Part shown: piece after piece, positions 7,057 to 18,182 of the stretch
How positions within the stretch are numbered: position 1 is the stretch's first letter
Layout of the letters: each line of letters opens with the position of its first letter
Source: a virus
Direction: 5' to 3' (one strand)
Virus record (IMG/VR): IMGVR_UViG_3300027740_000183
Location: 73,152-137,151 of that record
Length of the DNA stretch: 64,000 bases
Program-made: the position numbers and the translations under genes
The notes under the pieces: generated by a model
What the model saw: only the letters and a program-made list of their open reading frames with translations
Told to the model about the DNA's origin: nothing
The model's database searches: none

Positions 7057-10000
7057 CCTATTTTTGAAGGCACTACCACAATATCACTAGGAGGTTTTTC
7101 CGCAAAGAACCAATTAACCCCCAAATTATAGCCTTCTTTTATTTCGATAAGGGTTAAATAAGGCCTATATTTTTGTTGCCAAGTTATCGCTTCTTGTTTC
7201 GCCTGTTCTGGCGAACAACCTTTTGTGGCAAAACTTGCACAGTAATGGGTTGAATTTATGGCAGGACTGGACTCATTACCACTTAAAATATCATTAACAA
7301 CTTTTACAAATTTTGGTGGTATTGTGTTCTCTTCAGCAACTGCCCACTGGGCTCTTAGATCTGCTTGATTGTTTTCTTTTTCGATATCTTCTTCTATTTT
7401 GTTTTTTTGATAAATATGAGTCTCCTCGTTATATTTTTTAGTAAGCTGAGAGATTTTAGATAGATGAAGATCTCCGTAAGGTAGCCAGCGAGGATTAATT
7501 GGTTGTGCGTAAGCAGTTACTATAGACGATAATGTGGAAAATTTAGGGTATAGGTACACAAAACGTTGTATTAATGTCCATGCAACAGTTGTATAAGGTT
7601 TTCCTTCTCTTGCCACACCTCTTAGCAAGTTAAGTCTATCCTCTTCTGTAATTTCATATTTAACACTATTTCCATTCTTTTCCCAATCGAGCACGAATCC
7701 CGAAGCTCCACGATCTACAGTAGCAACTTTAGATTCTTTTGGTGTTTCTTTATTCTCTTCTGGGTCTTTTATATCCACATTTCTTATCCCGGAAGACCCC
7801 AGTAATGGCATAACACCTGCACTGGTAGTTTCGGGAGCTATAGCTAAACCTTGTTTCGATAAATTAGTAATTATTTCATTAGTTTGGTTTATTAAATCTT
7901 GCAAGGCTTTTGGATCCACTGTATCTTTAATAGTTCCGTTTATAGTTTTGGTGCTATTGGCTTCCTCTACCACAGTATTATATTTATTCATATAATCTTC
8001 TATGTTAGTGGCGTAACCATCGTAAGGATCTCCTTCTGCTTTAGCGGCACCTACAACGTTATAGAAATCTTGACCTAGGGGCAAGAAACCACCGAAAGCC
8101 TGTCTTATTTGTGCTAATTCAAAACTAGTCATCTTAGAGCGATCTCGTTGCAGCTGCTCCACCGCATTTATTAACGATTTAGACTTCGCTGCTATAGCTT
8201 CTGATATTTGTTTTGTTCCATCTCCTACCCCGAAAAATACTGCTTGGGACGCACCTCCTGTAACAAAACGAGGAATACCTGCTTCGTCTAAAGGTCTTGT
8301 GTAGCTAAGCACTACTTGAGTACTGGGGTTACCCTGTCCTGATGTTACAGGGATTGAATGGGTTACCTCATCAATAAGCGCGTAGCGAGTACAGTATTTG
8401 TTATAAATTGGTTTATTTGGTATAAGCCAGGGTCTGTACACAATACCTATATCGTATTGATCCATCAAGCCAAGCTTTTTTTGGAAATGTAACGCTGTCA
8501 GTTGATTTAACCTGTTCTTATCAGTAATTCTTGGGTATGACAATTTATCTACAATTAATCCAAAACGAGAAGCTAATATGGGAGACCATGTTATAGAATC
8601 TGGACTTATTCTATAAGTATTTTGTGTTTTAGGATCTATATCTGAAAGTCCGGACACACCTCCCTTAGCTGTGACCACAGTACAGGGGTCTCCTCTTTCT
8701 TCGTCAAGAGTTTCTTCGTTTATATGGAGGTCAAAAGTAAGTACATTTTCGTAAGTCCCAAAATCTGAAGGACTAAAATCATACATGGGGGGTTCAAACA
8801 CGAAATCTCCAGTTCCTGTGACATAGAAACGATAGTCTACTACCTTGCAGGCATCAACAATTAAATTTAAACGATCGATCCATTGTCTACTTCCACTAGT
8901 GGAAGCTCCCATAGTTGAAGACAATTCTTGAAACAGGGAATCGCCAGAGGTATTAACTGCTGGTTCCATCATATGTACAGCTTGCGAGTCGGGTCTCCAC
9001 GCGTGATCAGTTAACGTAGCTTCTCCCGCCTCTCTTACCTCTTCTTCTGTCCAATATCTGTAATTTCCTTCAAAAGACAGTAAACCATTACGAGGAGCAA
9101 AATTTTCTTCATTTCCTGCTGAAGGCGGAAAGTATATTCGTTTAGGTGTTCCGAATAGAGATAGACTGTACCAATTTTGTAAAAAAGTTATGCGTTTTTT
9201 TGGTTCAGAGGGTATAGTAGTACTTACTTGGTGATATTCTATTGGGAATATGCCTTGTTGCATCGAGCCAAGTCTTGATTGTCTACCAGACTTGTTTATT
9301 TCATCAGAAGTTAGAAAATTTACTTTTGATGGCGGCGCTGCTTCTGTTCCTGGTATAGCTTCTACTGTTTGGTCTGAATCCTTTACTTCTTTTTGTCTCG
9401 CTACCCCAGCGGATATGGAGCTTATAGCACTATACCATTTATTTTGTACTGAATTTAGTTCTGTTTTTAACGATTGTAACGAAGTTTGATTCCCTGACAG
9501 TTCCGCTACTTTTATGTCCTGTGATAACTTTGCAATTTGTTGGGAATAGATGGCTATCTGTTCTCTTCCCGCATTATCAATAATATCTTGTGCGTTATCG
9601 GCAAAGGTAAGCGCATGTACTAAATTTTTTAACGATAAATCTACCCAAGGGTTATCATGTTCAGATCTTGCCGTTAAATTTCTAAAGAAAGAGGCTTCAA
9701 ATTGCTTATTCACAGGACCTTTGTACTCTTTCATTAACAAATCTGATGAGGTTCCTTCTAGTATTTCTTCTGGAACTACATATGTTATCGTGTTTGTGTT
9801 AACACGCATTCGTTGCATTATGTGCCTGATATCTTCACAATTTACTGTAATTACAGATTCTGCATTAATAAAGTTTTTATTACATGTTCTTGAGATTATA
9901 TAACCAGTAAATATAGGAATCCATTGAGAAGTGCTGTTAGGGTCATCAATAGGATTTTTAATCCAAGCTCTGATGGGATCAAATTTATGAAAAATAAGAC

Positions 10001-10637
10001 CTTGGTGACTTATAGGCCATCTACGACCACCAGAAAGAGGATCTACCGGATTGTTGCCTAAATCTGATTTAAAGTCAAATATAGTTTTTTTAGCACTCTC
10101 GTCATAGTCTTGACCAACAGCTGTTCTAAAAAATCCTTGTAAATTTTCAGGGGTTAGCGTGAAACGATTTGCGGCATTATTCAGGTCAAATGTAAGTGTG
10201 GAAGGCTGCTCGTTAAGTCTGGGGGATATTCTTATTTGTCCTTGTAGCCAAGGACTTACATCCACGCCTTGAATATAAACGATAGCCTCATGATAAAATA
10301 TTTGGTCTACTCTTTCTTGGAAATAAGTAGGGTAAGTGGCGGCATCTACTATTGAAGAAGCTGTTGTGTTAGAGGTGTTGCTGTCTTGAAGTATACCAGA
10401 GCCAGGATCGCCATATATTTCTTGTAACGATTGATCCGCTATAGTTTGAGATACTGCTCTTTGATCACTGGGAGTTTCCCCGCTAGCTACAGGAGTATTC
10501 TCTACCGAAGTAGCGGATTGGGGACTGTCTAGAGTAGTATTACTATCTAAATCCTTTAAAGGATCGCTAGAATTTTGTTCTGGTTGTAGATTTGTAGATA
10601 CTGCCCTAGTGCGTTTTGATCCTTCTTTTGTTGACAT
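7053..10637 (-). CDS. Baseplate hub / tail protein with putative C-terminal cell-wall hydrolase-like domain
   Basis: Hub-like motifs (VYIQGVDVS, IFTGYI, ITVNCED, FYVTGTGDFVFEPP); C-terminal LLRGVAREG...VAWTLIQR resembles SleB/Hydrolase_2; lies next to the spike gene. Confidence 0.6.
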   Translation of the reverse strand: MSTKEGSKRTRAVSTNLQPEQNSSDPLKDLDSNTTLDSPQSATSVENTPVASGETPSDQRAVSQTIADQSLQEIYGDPGSGILQDSNTSNTTASSIVDAATYPTYFQERVDQIFYHEAIVYIQGVDVSPWLQGQIRISPRLNEQPSTLTFDLNNAANRFTLTPENLQGFFRTAVGQDYDESAKKTIFDFKSDLGNNPVDPLSGGRRWPISHQGLIFHKFDPIRAWIKNPIDDPNSTSQWIPIFTGYIISRTCNKNFINAESVITVNCEDIRHIMQRMRVNTNTITYVVPEEILEGTSSDLLMKEYKGPVNKQFEASFFRNLTARSEHDNPWVDLSLKNLVHALTFADNAQDIIDNAGREQIAIYSQQIAKLSQDIKVAELSGNQTSLQSLKTELNSVQNKWYSAISSISAGVARQKEVKDSDQTVEAIPGTEAAPPSKVNFLTSDEINKSGRQSRLGSMQQGIFPIEYHQVSTTIPSEPKKRITFLQNWYSLSLFGTPKRIYFPPSAGNEENFAPRNGLLSFEGNYRYWTEEEVREAGEATLTDHAWRPDSQAVHMMEPAVNTSGDSLFQELSSTMGASTSGSRQWIDRLNLIVDACKVVDYRFYVTGTGDFVFEPPMYDFSPSDFGTYENVLTFDLHINEETLDEERGDPCTVVTAKGGVSGLSDIDPKTQNTYRISPDSITWSPILASRFGLIVDKLSYPRITDKNRLNQLTALHFQKKLGLMDQYDIGIVYRPWLIPNKPIYNKYCTRYALIDEVTHSIPVTSGQGNPSTQVVLSYTRPLDEAGIPRFVTGGASQAVFFGVGDGTKQISEAIAAKSKSLINAVEQLQRDRSKMTSFELAQIRQAFGGFLPLGQDFYNVVGAAKAEGDPYDGYATNIEDYMNKYNTVVEEANSTKTINGTIKDTVDPKALQDLINQTNEIITNLSKQGLAIAPETTSAGVMPLLGSSGIRNVDIKDPEENKETPKESKVATVDRGASGFVLDWEKNGNSVKYEITEEDRLNLLRGVAREGKPYTTVAWTLIQRFVYLYPKFSTLSSIVTAYAQPINPRWLPYGDLHLSKISQLTKKYNEETHIYQKNKIEEDIEKENNQADLRAQWAVAEENTIPPKFVKVVNDILSGNESSPAINSTHYCASFATKGCSPEQAKQEAITWQQKYRPYLTLIEIKEGYNLGVNWFFAEKPPSDIVVVPSKIG

Positions 10638-10644
10638 AATTAGT

Positions 10645-10654
10645 ATTAAATAAC
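10645..10654 (-). promoter_or_regulatory. Putative late promoter GTTATTTAAT
   Basis: Same motif precedes several structural genes; 7 nt upstream of the hub ATG. Confidence 0.6.
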
Positions 10655-10670
10655 GATCTTAGCTATCTGT

Positions 10671-10720
10671 TTGATGCTCCCAGGGCATGCCCTGGGATTG
10701 CGGCTCAACCTAGGAGTTCA
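10671..10720 (-). mobile_element. IS200/IS605 end remnant (PATE-like hairpin)
   Basis: CAATCCCAGGGCATGCCCTGGGAGCATCAA; nearly the same hairpin as 6807-6825, ending in TCAA. Confidence 0.55.
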
Positions 10721-10767
10721 ACAAACATTAAATAAAAGTATGCAAAAATTGTACAGAAATCAAGGTA

Positions 10768-11250
10768 TTACTTTGCTTCTTTTCTGGTAAAATTTTTGTC
10801 GATTATTTTATCTACAATTTTGTCCACTTCTTCGGGTCTTAATTCAAGCCCTAATGCTATCGATCTGATAAAATAAATTTCATCCAATTTTTGGAGTAGC
10901 ATTTCCGCTTTGTTTTGATCAAATTCAAGAACTCCTGCACCAACTTCATTATTAAAAGTTCTCTCATCTTCTTTATACCTCTCCATTGCTCTATAGTATG
11001 CATAATTTCTTTTTAATTGATTTTTTAGCGCATCATAAAGAACTGTTTCGTACACTCTTTCAATATTGTCTTGTGCTCGTTTTTGTAATGGGTCAAGAAA
11101 TACCAATAATTGCATTTTAGCTTCGTTGAGTTTATTACTCAGGTCTTCTTCGTTTTCTTCCCCCGAAAATTCTTCACGTAATTGCTGACAAATTTTGTCA
11201 TAACGTTCCAAAAATTCTAATTGGTTACTTAAATTTTTAATATCTTCCAT
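10768..11250 (-). CDS. Hypothetical coiled-coil protein
   Basis: Likely start MEDIKN after GGAG. Confidence 0.55.
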   Translation of the reverse strand: MEDIKNLSNQLEFLERYDKICQQLREEFSGEENEEDLSNKLNEAKMQLLVFLDPLQKRAQDNIERVYETVLYDALKNQLKRNYAYYRAMERYKEDERTFNNEVGAGVLEFDQNKAEMLLQKLDEIYFIRSIALGLELRPEEVDKIVDKIIDKNFTRKEAK

Positions 11251-11365
11251 TGTCTTAGTCTCCAAACAAAAAGTTAAAAAACAAAATCCATATGATAATA
11301 AAAGGAGTAGTGAACAAGAATGCACATAAAGATATAAAAATATGTAGTAAAAAATGCCTCACCAG

Positions 11366-11914
11366 CTAGACTCTTTCTTTGCTTTTGCTGTTAATATCCG
11401 CTGCAATGGATCTGTAATACATTTTTTGTTTCACTGCTTCTGCTTGTTCTTTGCCCACATTATAAGTATTATTTAAATTTTTGGTAACAATTTCTACCTG
11501 ATCCAATATTAATTTTATTATACTGAGTCTTTCTTCTACCTCTGGTATAGTTTTTGATAACGCGGTGTATCGTTGTGGGTCATTTTTCATTTCTATAAGT
11601 TCGGTTTTTAGCCACAAGTGATCTTTTGCAATGGTCCAAAATCTTTTTATATCGTACTCTATACTCATGTAAGTAAGACCAATTTCACACACACGGTCCT
11701 TATTTCTTTGAATCATGTCGAAAATATCAAGTAAAGTATCAAAATCTTCAGGACCCCTTATTTTCTTAATTTCGTGCTGTTTATCAAAAATGCGGTAACT
11801 TTTTATTTCTCCGAGTATTGTTTCATCAATTTTAATTTTATTGACTTGTTTTAGTATGGATAGAATCGGTTCTTCCAGCCTGTAATCGTTAATTTTTTCT
11901 TCAATTTTGCTCAT
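11366..11914 (-). CDS. Hypothetical helical protein (possibly UvsY-like recombination mediator)
   Basis: Long helical ORF in replication arm; functional call weak. Confidence 0.35.
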   Translation of the reverse strand: MSKIEEKINDYRLEEPILSILKQVNKIKIDETILGEIKSYRIFDKQHEIKKIRGPEDFDTLLDIFDMIQRNKDRVCEIGLTYMSIEYDIKRFWTIAKDHLWLKTELIEMKNDPQRYTALSKTIPEVEERLSIIKLILDQVEIVTKNLNNTYNVGKEQAEAVKQKMYYRSIAADINSKSKERV

Positions 11915-12161
11915 AATTTATTAAACCCTAATTACAAATAATTGATATCCTGGTTTTTTTAACTTTATAGGATTGTTTATTAATTTTCGCACACAAATGA
12001 AAGTACCATAATTAGTTACGACTTCATACTCTGTTAGTTGTGTTTTGACACATTCTTGTATTTTGCTGAAAATATTTAGTGCTGTTTCTTTTACAACGTT
12101 ATCATTTTCGCTATCTATAAAAATAATAATATTATTTTTTTTAATTTTTTCTAATAGTTGA

Positions 12162-12572
12162 CTAATCATTTTTACTACTTAGTTTTGAAGAGGTTTCTCC
12201 GCTGGTGATAGGTAATCTACACGCAAACCAGTAACTATAGAGATTTTCTTCATTAAATTTATACAGATGCACTTTTTGAGTGTGATAAATTAATTTTGGC
12301 ATGTTGTGTTTTTTTACTTCTTTATTTATTATTTGAATACTCCATTGGAGCGGCAACATGTTATATTTTATTTTGTCTTTTATATCAATTACATACCCAA
12401 TAATATTCTTTTTGCCGAATAAGTTGTAAGCAATTAATTCGATGTTACTATCTACGTATCCGGTATAAGATTTTAATTCTCTTTGGCTACATTCTTCTAC
12501 TTTTACTAAATAAGAATGTCTATTCAGCGGAGTGAGATCAAAAATATTATAATTATTCCAATCTAATGGCAT
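12162..12572 (-). CDS. Hypothetical protein
   Basis: 136-aa ORF in co-directional operon. Confidence 0.5.
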   Translation of the reverse strand: MPLDWNNYNIFDLTPLNRHSYLVKVEECSQRELKSYTGYVDSNIELIAYNLFGKKNIIGYVIDIKDKIKYNMLPLQWSIQIINKEVKKHNMPKLIYHTQKVHLYKFNEENLYSYWFACRLPITSGETSSKLSSKND

Positions 12573-12632
12573 CAGTACCTCACAATTACCTTAGAGTTGT
12601 TACTTGGCATTCTACTACTTGCAAAACTTTTT

Positions 12633-13112
12633 TTATTTTTGCTTGTGCAAAGAACAAAAGGAAAGAAATAAATTTTTATAAGTCAGGTTCTCTGGATCAA
12701 GCGCTGCTGCGGTTTGTGCGAAAAATAAAGCTTCCTCTGGTTTATTAATAAAGATCAGCATTTCAGCATAAGCAGACACAAATTTAGGCTCTTTAGGTTT
12801 AAGTTCCATGGCTAATCTAAAATGCTCTACGGATTCCTCTATGTTGGAGGAGAAACGACACAGAAGTACGGCTAATTTGTAGTGAATATCACAATTATTA
12901 GGGATTAGTTCTAATGCTTTTCTATACGCTTCTATGGCTAACTGGTACTCTTTTCTGAGAATATGAGCTTCTGCTAGTACTATGTAAGCACCAGAACAAG
13001 CAGGATTTTGTTTTAATAAATGTTTAGCATAAATTATTAACTGCCATGGACTGGTAGCCTCTTCAAAAGTAGGCAGAGTGGAATCTTCCTCAATCTCTTT
13101 TACAATCTTCAT
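12633..13112 (-). CDS. Tetratricopeptide repeat protein
   Basis: AYIVLAEAH..KEYQLAIEAYRKALELIP, EESVEHFRLAMELKP, EEALFFAQTAAALDP. Confidence 0.85.
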   Translation of the reverse strand: MKIVKEIEEDSTLPTFEEATSPWQLIIYAKHLLKQNPACSGAYIVLAEAHILRKEYQLAIEAYRKALELIPNNCDIHYKLAVLLCRFSSNIEESVEHFRLAMELKPKEPKFVSAYAEMLIFINKPEEALFFAQTAAALDPENLTYKNLFLSFCSLHKQK

Positions 13113-13166
13113 TTTATTTTCATTATCACGAAAAAACGTTCAAGTTTTTAGCTTTAAAGTAATTGA

Positions 13167-13568
13167 TCAAATTTCTTTACAAAAAGAATCTAAAATTCCT
13201 TTACAAAACTTAAGCGAAAAAGAAGCCAGTGTCGAACTAATACCTAATCCTCTTATTCTAGCGAATGTTTCTACACCATTATGTTTGTTGCTCAAGAGTA
13301 TAAAAGAGGTCACTATAATAATAGAAGCGTGGCGTTTATCAGGTTCTTGTAGCCCTTTGTTCGATTCTGTTGGTGTAAGACTTTGATTTATATGATATTG
13401 TGCCTCACTATCTGTATAAGCAGAGCATGTCATAAATTGTAAAATATTATTAGCTCTTTCTATCGCATCATTTTTTTCCATCTCGTATTGTTGTAATGTT
13501 TTTACAATAATTTCGCGACTTTTATTAACATATATAGAAGACCCTAATATTTTATTATTGGTTAGCAT
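13167..13568 (-). CDS. Hypothetical protein
   Basis: 133-aa ORF in operon. Confidence 0.5.
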   Translation of the reverse strand: MLTNNKILGSSIYVNKSREIIVKTLQQYEMEKNDAIERANNILQFMTCSAYTDSEAQYHINQSLTPTESNKGLQEPDKRHASIIIVTSFILLSNKHNGVETFARIRGLGISSTLASFSLKFCKGILDSFCKEI

Positions 13569-13577
13569 CAGTTTTCC

Positions 13578-13904
13578 CTAATTTCTAGACGGAACAGTTA
13601 TTATTTTTATACCAAGCTCTTTTGCTTTTTTCGCACATACAGGACATGGATCTATGAGCAAAGGTATTCCTGAATTCCCTATTCTACAAATAAGTATAGT
13701 CTTTATTCCTTTAAATCTATATTGTGACATCAATCTCATTTCTGCGTGAATACCCCCTCCTTTCCAATTGAATCTGTGTTTATTAGTAGTTTTAGCAACA
13801 CATTCTCCTTTTTTATTAAAACCTAAAGCAGATACTTTATGTGTACAGCTGCTTTGTTGCGCTTTTTTAATAGCTAAACGTACATCATACATGTGAAAGT
13901 CCAT
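13578..13904 (-). CDS. Cytidine/deoxycytidylate deaminase-family protein
   Basis: Zn-binding motifs IHAE and PCPVC. Confidence 0.8.
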   Translation of the reverse strand: MDFHMYDVRLAIKKAQQSSCTHKVSALGFNKKGECVAKTTNKHRFNWKGGGIHAEMRLMSQYRFKGIKTILICRIGNSGIPLLIDPCPVCAKKAKELGIKIITVPSRN

Positions 13905-14668
13905 TAAGATATTTCCAAGTTTAATAATTTTAATACAAAAATAAAATCTTGTATTTGGGAATTTTCATAATGTTTAAGCATTTTATCACTAATTTTTTTA
14001 ACTTTTTGGTACTCTTTATATAATTTATTTAGTTTTGATACCTCTTTTATATACTTTACTAATTCTACCAGCTCTATCGTGCCTATTCCATTACCCAAAA
14101 ATGTTTTTAAAACTTTCTTTCGTTTTTTGTCCCCTAAATTACCTATCGCATAATTTCCAATATTTTCTAAAAAATAGTCTATAAATTTATCATTTTTTGT
14201 TTTTATTAAATTTTTTACCACATTATCGCACAGTCTTTCGAAAGTTATACCTTTACCTACATTTCTCGTTTCTTTTATATGCTCATTAGTTACAAAAGAC
14301 GTTGTCTCTGTTTTTGTTATAATAGTATTTAGTTTTTTAACAGACAGTGGTATTTTTTTCCATCCTATTGATTTTTTTACCGCATCTGCTATTTTTACAT
14401 CTATTTTTTCCAGCACAAAACAAGGGTTAAAGAAAATAAAACACCACACATTAGCTATATTTTGTATATTTTTCAGGTCTTCTATGGATTTTACTATAAC
14501 TACTATTTTTTTATCAATATTTTGTATTTTTTTCTCAAACTCTTTTATGCTTTCTGAGTTATTATAAATGAAAATTTTAAATAAATTTTTATCTAAATTT
14601 GCTATTATATCACTAGGAGAGTGATAAACAAACCCTACGATAGAAATTTGGTTATGTTCTGCGGGCAT
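13904..14668 (-). CDS. Hypothetical protein
   Basis: 254-aa ORF coupled to neighbours. Confidence 0.5.
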   Translation of the reverse strand: MPAEHNQISIVGFVYHSPSDIIANLDKNLFKIFIYNNSESIKEFEKKIQNIDKKIVVIVKSIEDLKNIQNIANVWCFIFFNPCFVLEKIDVKIADAVKKSIGWKKIPLSVKKLNTIITKTETTSFVTNEHIKETRNVGKGITFERLCDNVVKNLIKTKNDKFIDYFLENIGNYAIGNLGDKKRKKVLKTFLGNGIGTIELVELVKYIKEVSKLNKLYKEYQKVKKISDKMLKHYENSQIQDFIFVLKLLNLEIS

Positions 14669-16618
14669 TTAATTAATAGTGTTTGGTGAGGAGGCAAATA
14701 CAGAGGCACAAAATAATTGTATTATGCCTATAGATTCGTTTATTATACTTTCATAATTTTTACTAACCAAGTCTTTCAAATCAGTACTTTCATTCACATT
14801 ATTTTCTAATTTTTTAATTATTTTTATTGTACTTTCTTCTATGAAATAGTCTATTAGATGTATAGATTGTGCGTTCCCAAGAGTTCTAACAGCGTCAGCA
14901 AACTTACTATGAGGAGAAGAATAAGTACAGGCTTGTGATAATGAATAAGATATAGAAGAAAAAACAAGACTTCTTAGTTCTTCTTTTTTTAACTCTTTAG
15001 TTTTTTGGTTTAATTTGGCTATATCCTGATTTGTTAATTTTTGATAACTTGTAGTAGATTGGTGTATTTTATTTTCGGAAAGACCTGTTTTATCAATTAT
15101 ACCTTTATCTTCTTTAGAAAAAAAAGTATTTTTATAAAAAAATGATATTAATTTTTTTAGCATTTTGGTTATATTTCGATAAATTTCTTGCTCACCAGCA
15201 CATTTGTATCTGTGTCAAAAGTACGTACATTGTTGATATTGGCTTCTGCTAATTTAAACAAAGTATCCATGTTACGATCTACAAAATCTTGTAGGTCGTA
15301 ATAATGAGTTAAGTCGACAGTGTCAATGAAATCCCTAACACCTTTGTCAATACCGGCATTGAAGATTTCCATTGCTTTGTGCAGCCCAAGCTTTCCTACC
15401 GCAATAGATAATGAATTCCCGACTTCCATAAAGGTGAAACAAAAAGACCCCATCATGTACACCATGAGTGCAAAAGTATTGATGGTATCTTCTTTATCCA
15501 GGATGTCAGCCATTAGCATAATCCACCATTTTTTGTAATATTTTAGCAGCGGTGCGATCTACAAAAATGGATATATCTTCCTCAGTAGGATCTTTTTCTT
15601 TATTAATTATCGCAGTGATCAATTCGTTAAGTTCTACGTCTAAAAAGGCGTTGAATAGTGTAAAAGAGGCTTTTTGTCCTAATTTATTTATAGCGTTATA
15701 TAACCCATTTTTCTCGTCTCTTGGCGCAGTGACCATACGTAAACTTCCTTCTAATACTATCTCTGATTGTAACATGAGATCGAAAAAGTCCAGATCAAAA
15801 CAATCCTCTTTGGTTTGTGCGGATTTTCCTTTATAACCAGTTTTAGTCTTCAAAGGAATAACCTGGGCACCTTGGCTACTAACAAATTTTAGATGGTTTT
15901 TTGTGTTTTCCATAATTTCACCACTTTTTGTTGCTGCTCTAGATAATTATTGTTTGTGTTTTTGGCATGTTGTAGACTAACAGTATTTTATTGATTATTT
16001 TATCTATTATTTCTGGTACTTGCCTGTCTATAAACTCCACTATATCTTCACTGTTCTCCTCTATCTTATCTTTTACAATTTTTAATAAATCTAACGTCTC
16101 TATTTCAGCATAGCGAGAAAACAAAGAAATTACTGTATTTGTATCTATTTGTTTTAATTCATTAAATTTTGTGTCTTCGTCAATATCAGCTATAATAAGA
16201 CCCCCAAAAAACATTATATCAGAGAGTACTATTTGTTTCAATAAGGATAAATCTTCTTCGATCATATAGTGACAATTTCCTTTAGTGTTACATAATTGCT
16301 GTACAAACTGTTGTTATCATTATAAATTTTGCTAAAAATAGATTCTATGATTTGTAGTGTATTATCGTTTATAAATAGTATAATTTTGTCTAATTTTTTA
16401 ATTTTTAACTCTACTATTTCTTTATAAAGGCGATCTGTTTCAAAATCTGCATAATACATAAACAAAGAAGCTATGGTGGATTTTCCCAATCTTTTGAATG
16501 CGGAATGGAATTCACTATTTTTATCCATGCGCATTAGTAGAACACCACTGAACAATAATAGATTAGAGAATATTATCTGTTTTAATAATTTTTCGTCTCT
16601 TTCTTTTTTAGCACTCAT
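14669..16618 (-). repeat. Tandem array of five paralogous small ORFs (14669-15163, 15169-15519, 15506-15913, 15939-16265, 16262-16618)
   Basis: Shared pattern L..Q/L.L.S....G.L ... (K/R)LG......LF....D.E...L ... F(I/V)DR....I..KI. Confidence 0.65.
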
Positions 16619-16854
16619 TTTTAAAACAAATCTTCTTCTTTTGGGTGTACTACTAGGGATAGAAGCTCATCAAGCTCTTGATCCAGTTGTTGGTACGTCA
16701 CTTTAGTAGATCCTCCGGAGTAATCCACTATTTTATCAACTAACACATCAACAACTCCTTGATTTTTATAAACACCTTCATTTTTCTTCACAAGCTTATC
16801 GAGTTTTACTAACAATTTTGTTATATTTTTTTCACGCATACTGTCTACTCCTCA

Positions 16855-17928
16855 TTAATCCGCCACAACCGGCATTACATAGATGGATTTTCCATCTTCT
16901 GTAATAACTATTACATAATTTTCGAAAAAGTCAATGGTGATTTTACCACTTTTGAGGAGATGTAGCATTTCGGTAGTATACTTATTACTTAAGCATACAT
17001 TGTGTTCCTCCATTCCTGTGACATCATCCAAAGTCATTGTAGCATCAGCTTCCCCATGAGATGACACTACTTTCATGTCAAGTTCTTTGCCTTTTATGGA
17101 AAGAGATAATGAAACAGAGGAATCGGTCACTTTTTCTGTTACAATAGAACTGGTTGCTACCACTAATTTGTGTAATTTTTCTACCTCGGTTGAAACGGAA
17201 CAAATTTTTGTGTCTTGATCGATACTGGATACCCATTCTTCCACGTCTTGAATCTCAATTTGTATGGAAGGGATATAACAATCCATACTAAGTGATTTAA
17301 TGTGTACTATATCATTCTCTACACCCACACCTATCTCAGGATCATCAATTTTGGACACAATTTGCCCAATTAAAGAGGGATTTACTATAACGCTAAGATT
17401 TTTAACAGCAAAGGGCAATTGATCCTTGTACAATGTGGCTCTAAACTCATCAGTAGCCGTGGCAGTAATATACTCGTCGAAATGGAGTCTCAATCCGTCA
17501 TTAGACGCTACCAGGGCATTGGAGAGCCCTGTTTTCTGAATCGCGCGGTCTAATACTACCTTGGGCAACCTTACCGCTACAGGTATCTCCTTGGAGGGTC
17601 TAAAGGTATTAATTGAAGAAGTGTCTTGGTTGAGATCTATGGACCCTTTTATGTTACCGGAAAAAAACTTTAGTTTATTATTTTGCGCTTCTAATTTAAC
17701 CGATTCGTTAAGCTTTAGGTTAGTTACGTACTTGCTGGTAATAGCAGCAAAGCCAGCTTCCTTTACAGTAACATCAGAAATTATTAACTTTAGATAAATT
17801 GCTCCATTACTTGCCTCTGCATAAAATTTGTCACTACCAGCAGAGATAAATACGTTCTGCTCGCCTAAAATGGTTTGAATGGTTTGAAATGACTTTTTTA
17901 ATTTAGTCGAATTTAGTTCTATTTTCAT
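16855..17928 (-). CDS. dnaN: DNA polymerase III beta sliding clamp-like protein
   Basis: ~357 aa from MKIELN; ATDEFRA motif; C-terminal YVMPV; three-domain clamp length. Confidence 0.8.
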   Translation of the reverse strand: MKIELNSTKLKKSFQTIQTILGEQNVFISAGSDKFYAEASNGAIYLKLIISDVTVKEAGFAAITSKYVTNLKLNESVKLEAQNNKLKFFSGNIKGSIDLNQDTSSINTFRPSKEIPVAVRLPKVVLDRAIQKTGLSNALVASNDGLRLHFDEYITATATDEFRATLYKDQLPFAVKNLSVIVNPSLIGQIVSKIDDPEIGVGVENDIVHIKSLSMDCYIPSIQIEIQDVEEWVSSIDQDTKICSVSTEVEKLHKLVVATSSIVTEKVTDSSVSLSLSIKGKELDMKVVSSHGEADATMTLDDVTGMEEHNVCLSNKYTTEMLHLLKSGKITIDFFENYVIVITEDGKSIYVMPVVAD

Positions 17929-17930
17929 TG

Positions 17931-18182
17931 CTAATAACCTCTTTTTAAGCAATCTTTGCCTTCTAACAAAGCAAGTTCTGCCAGTTCTCGCACTAAATAG
18001 TCGAATTGTTCTGATGAATCTGAAGATTGTCTCCAATCATTTAATCTGTATTCTAGCCAATCTACGTAAGCTTTTAGTTCGTCTAAATCCGCGTCACCTA
18101 TGCCTGTATGGTACTCATGCAGCAGTTGACATACCGAGAGTAACTTGTACTCGTACCGATTAAAATTAGTAGTGCTACTCAT
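17931..18182 (-). CDS. Hypothetical protein
   Basis: Small ORF coupled between neighbours; start probably MSSTT. Confidence 0.45.
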   Translation of the reverse strand: MSSTTNFNRYEYKLLSVCQLLHEYHTGIGDADLDELKAYVDWLEYRLNDWRQSSDSSEQFDYLVRELAELALLEGKDCLKRGY

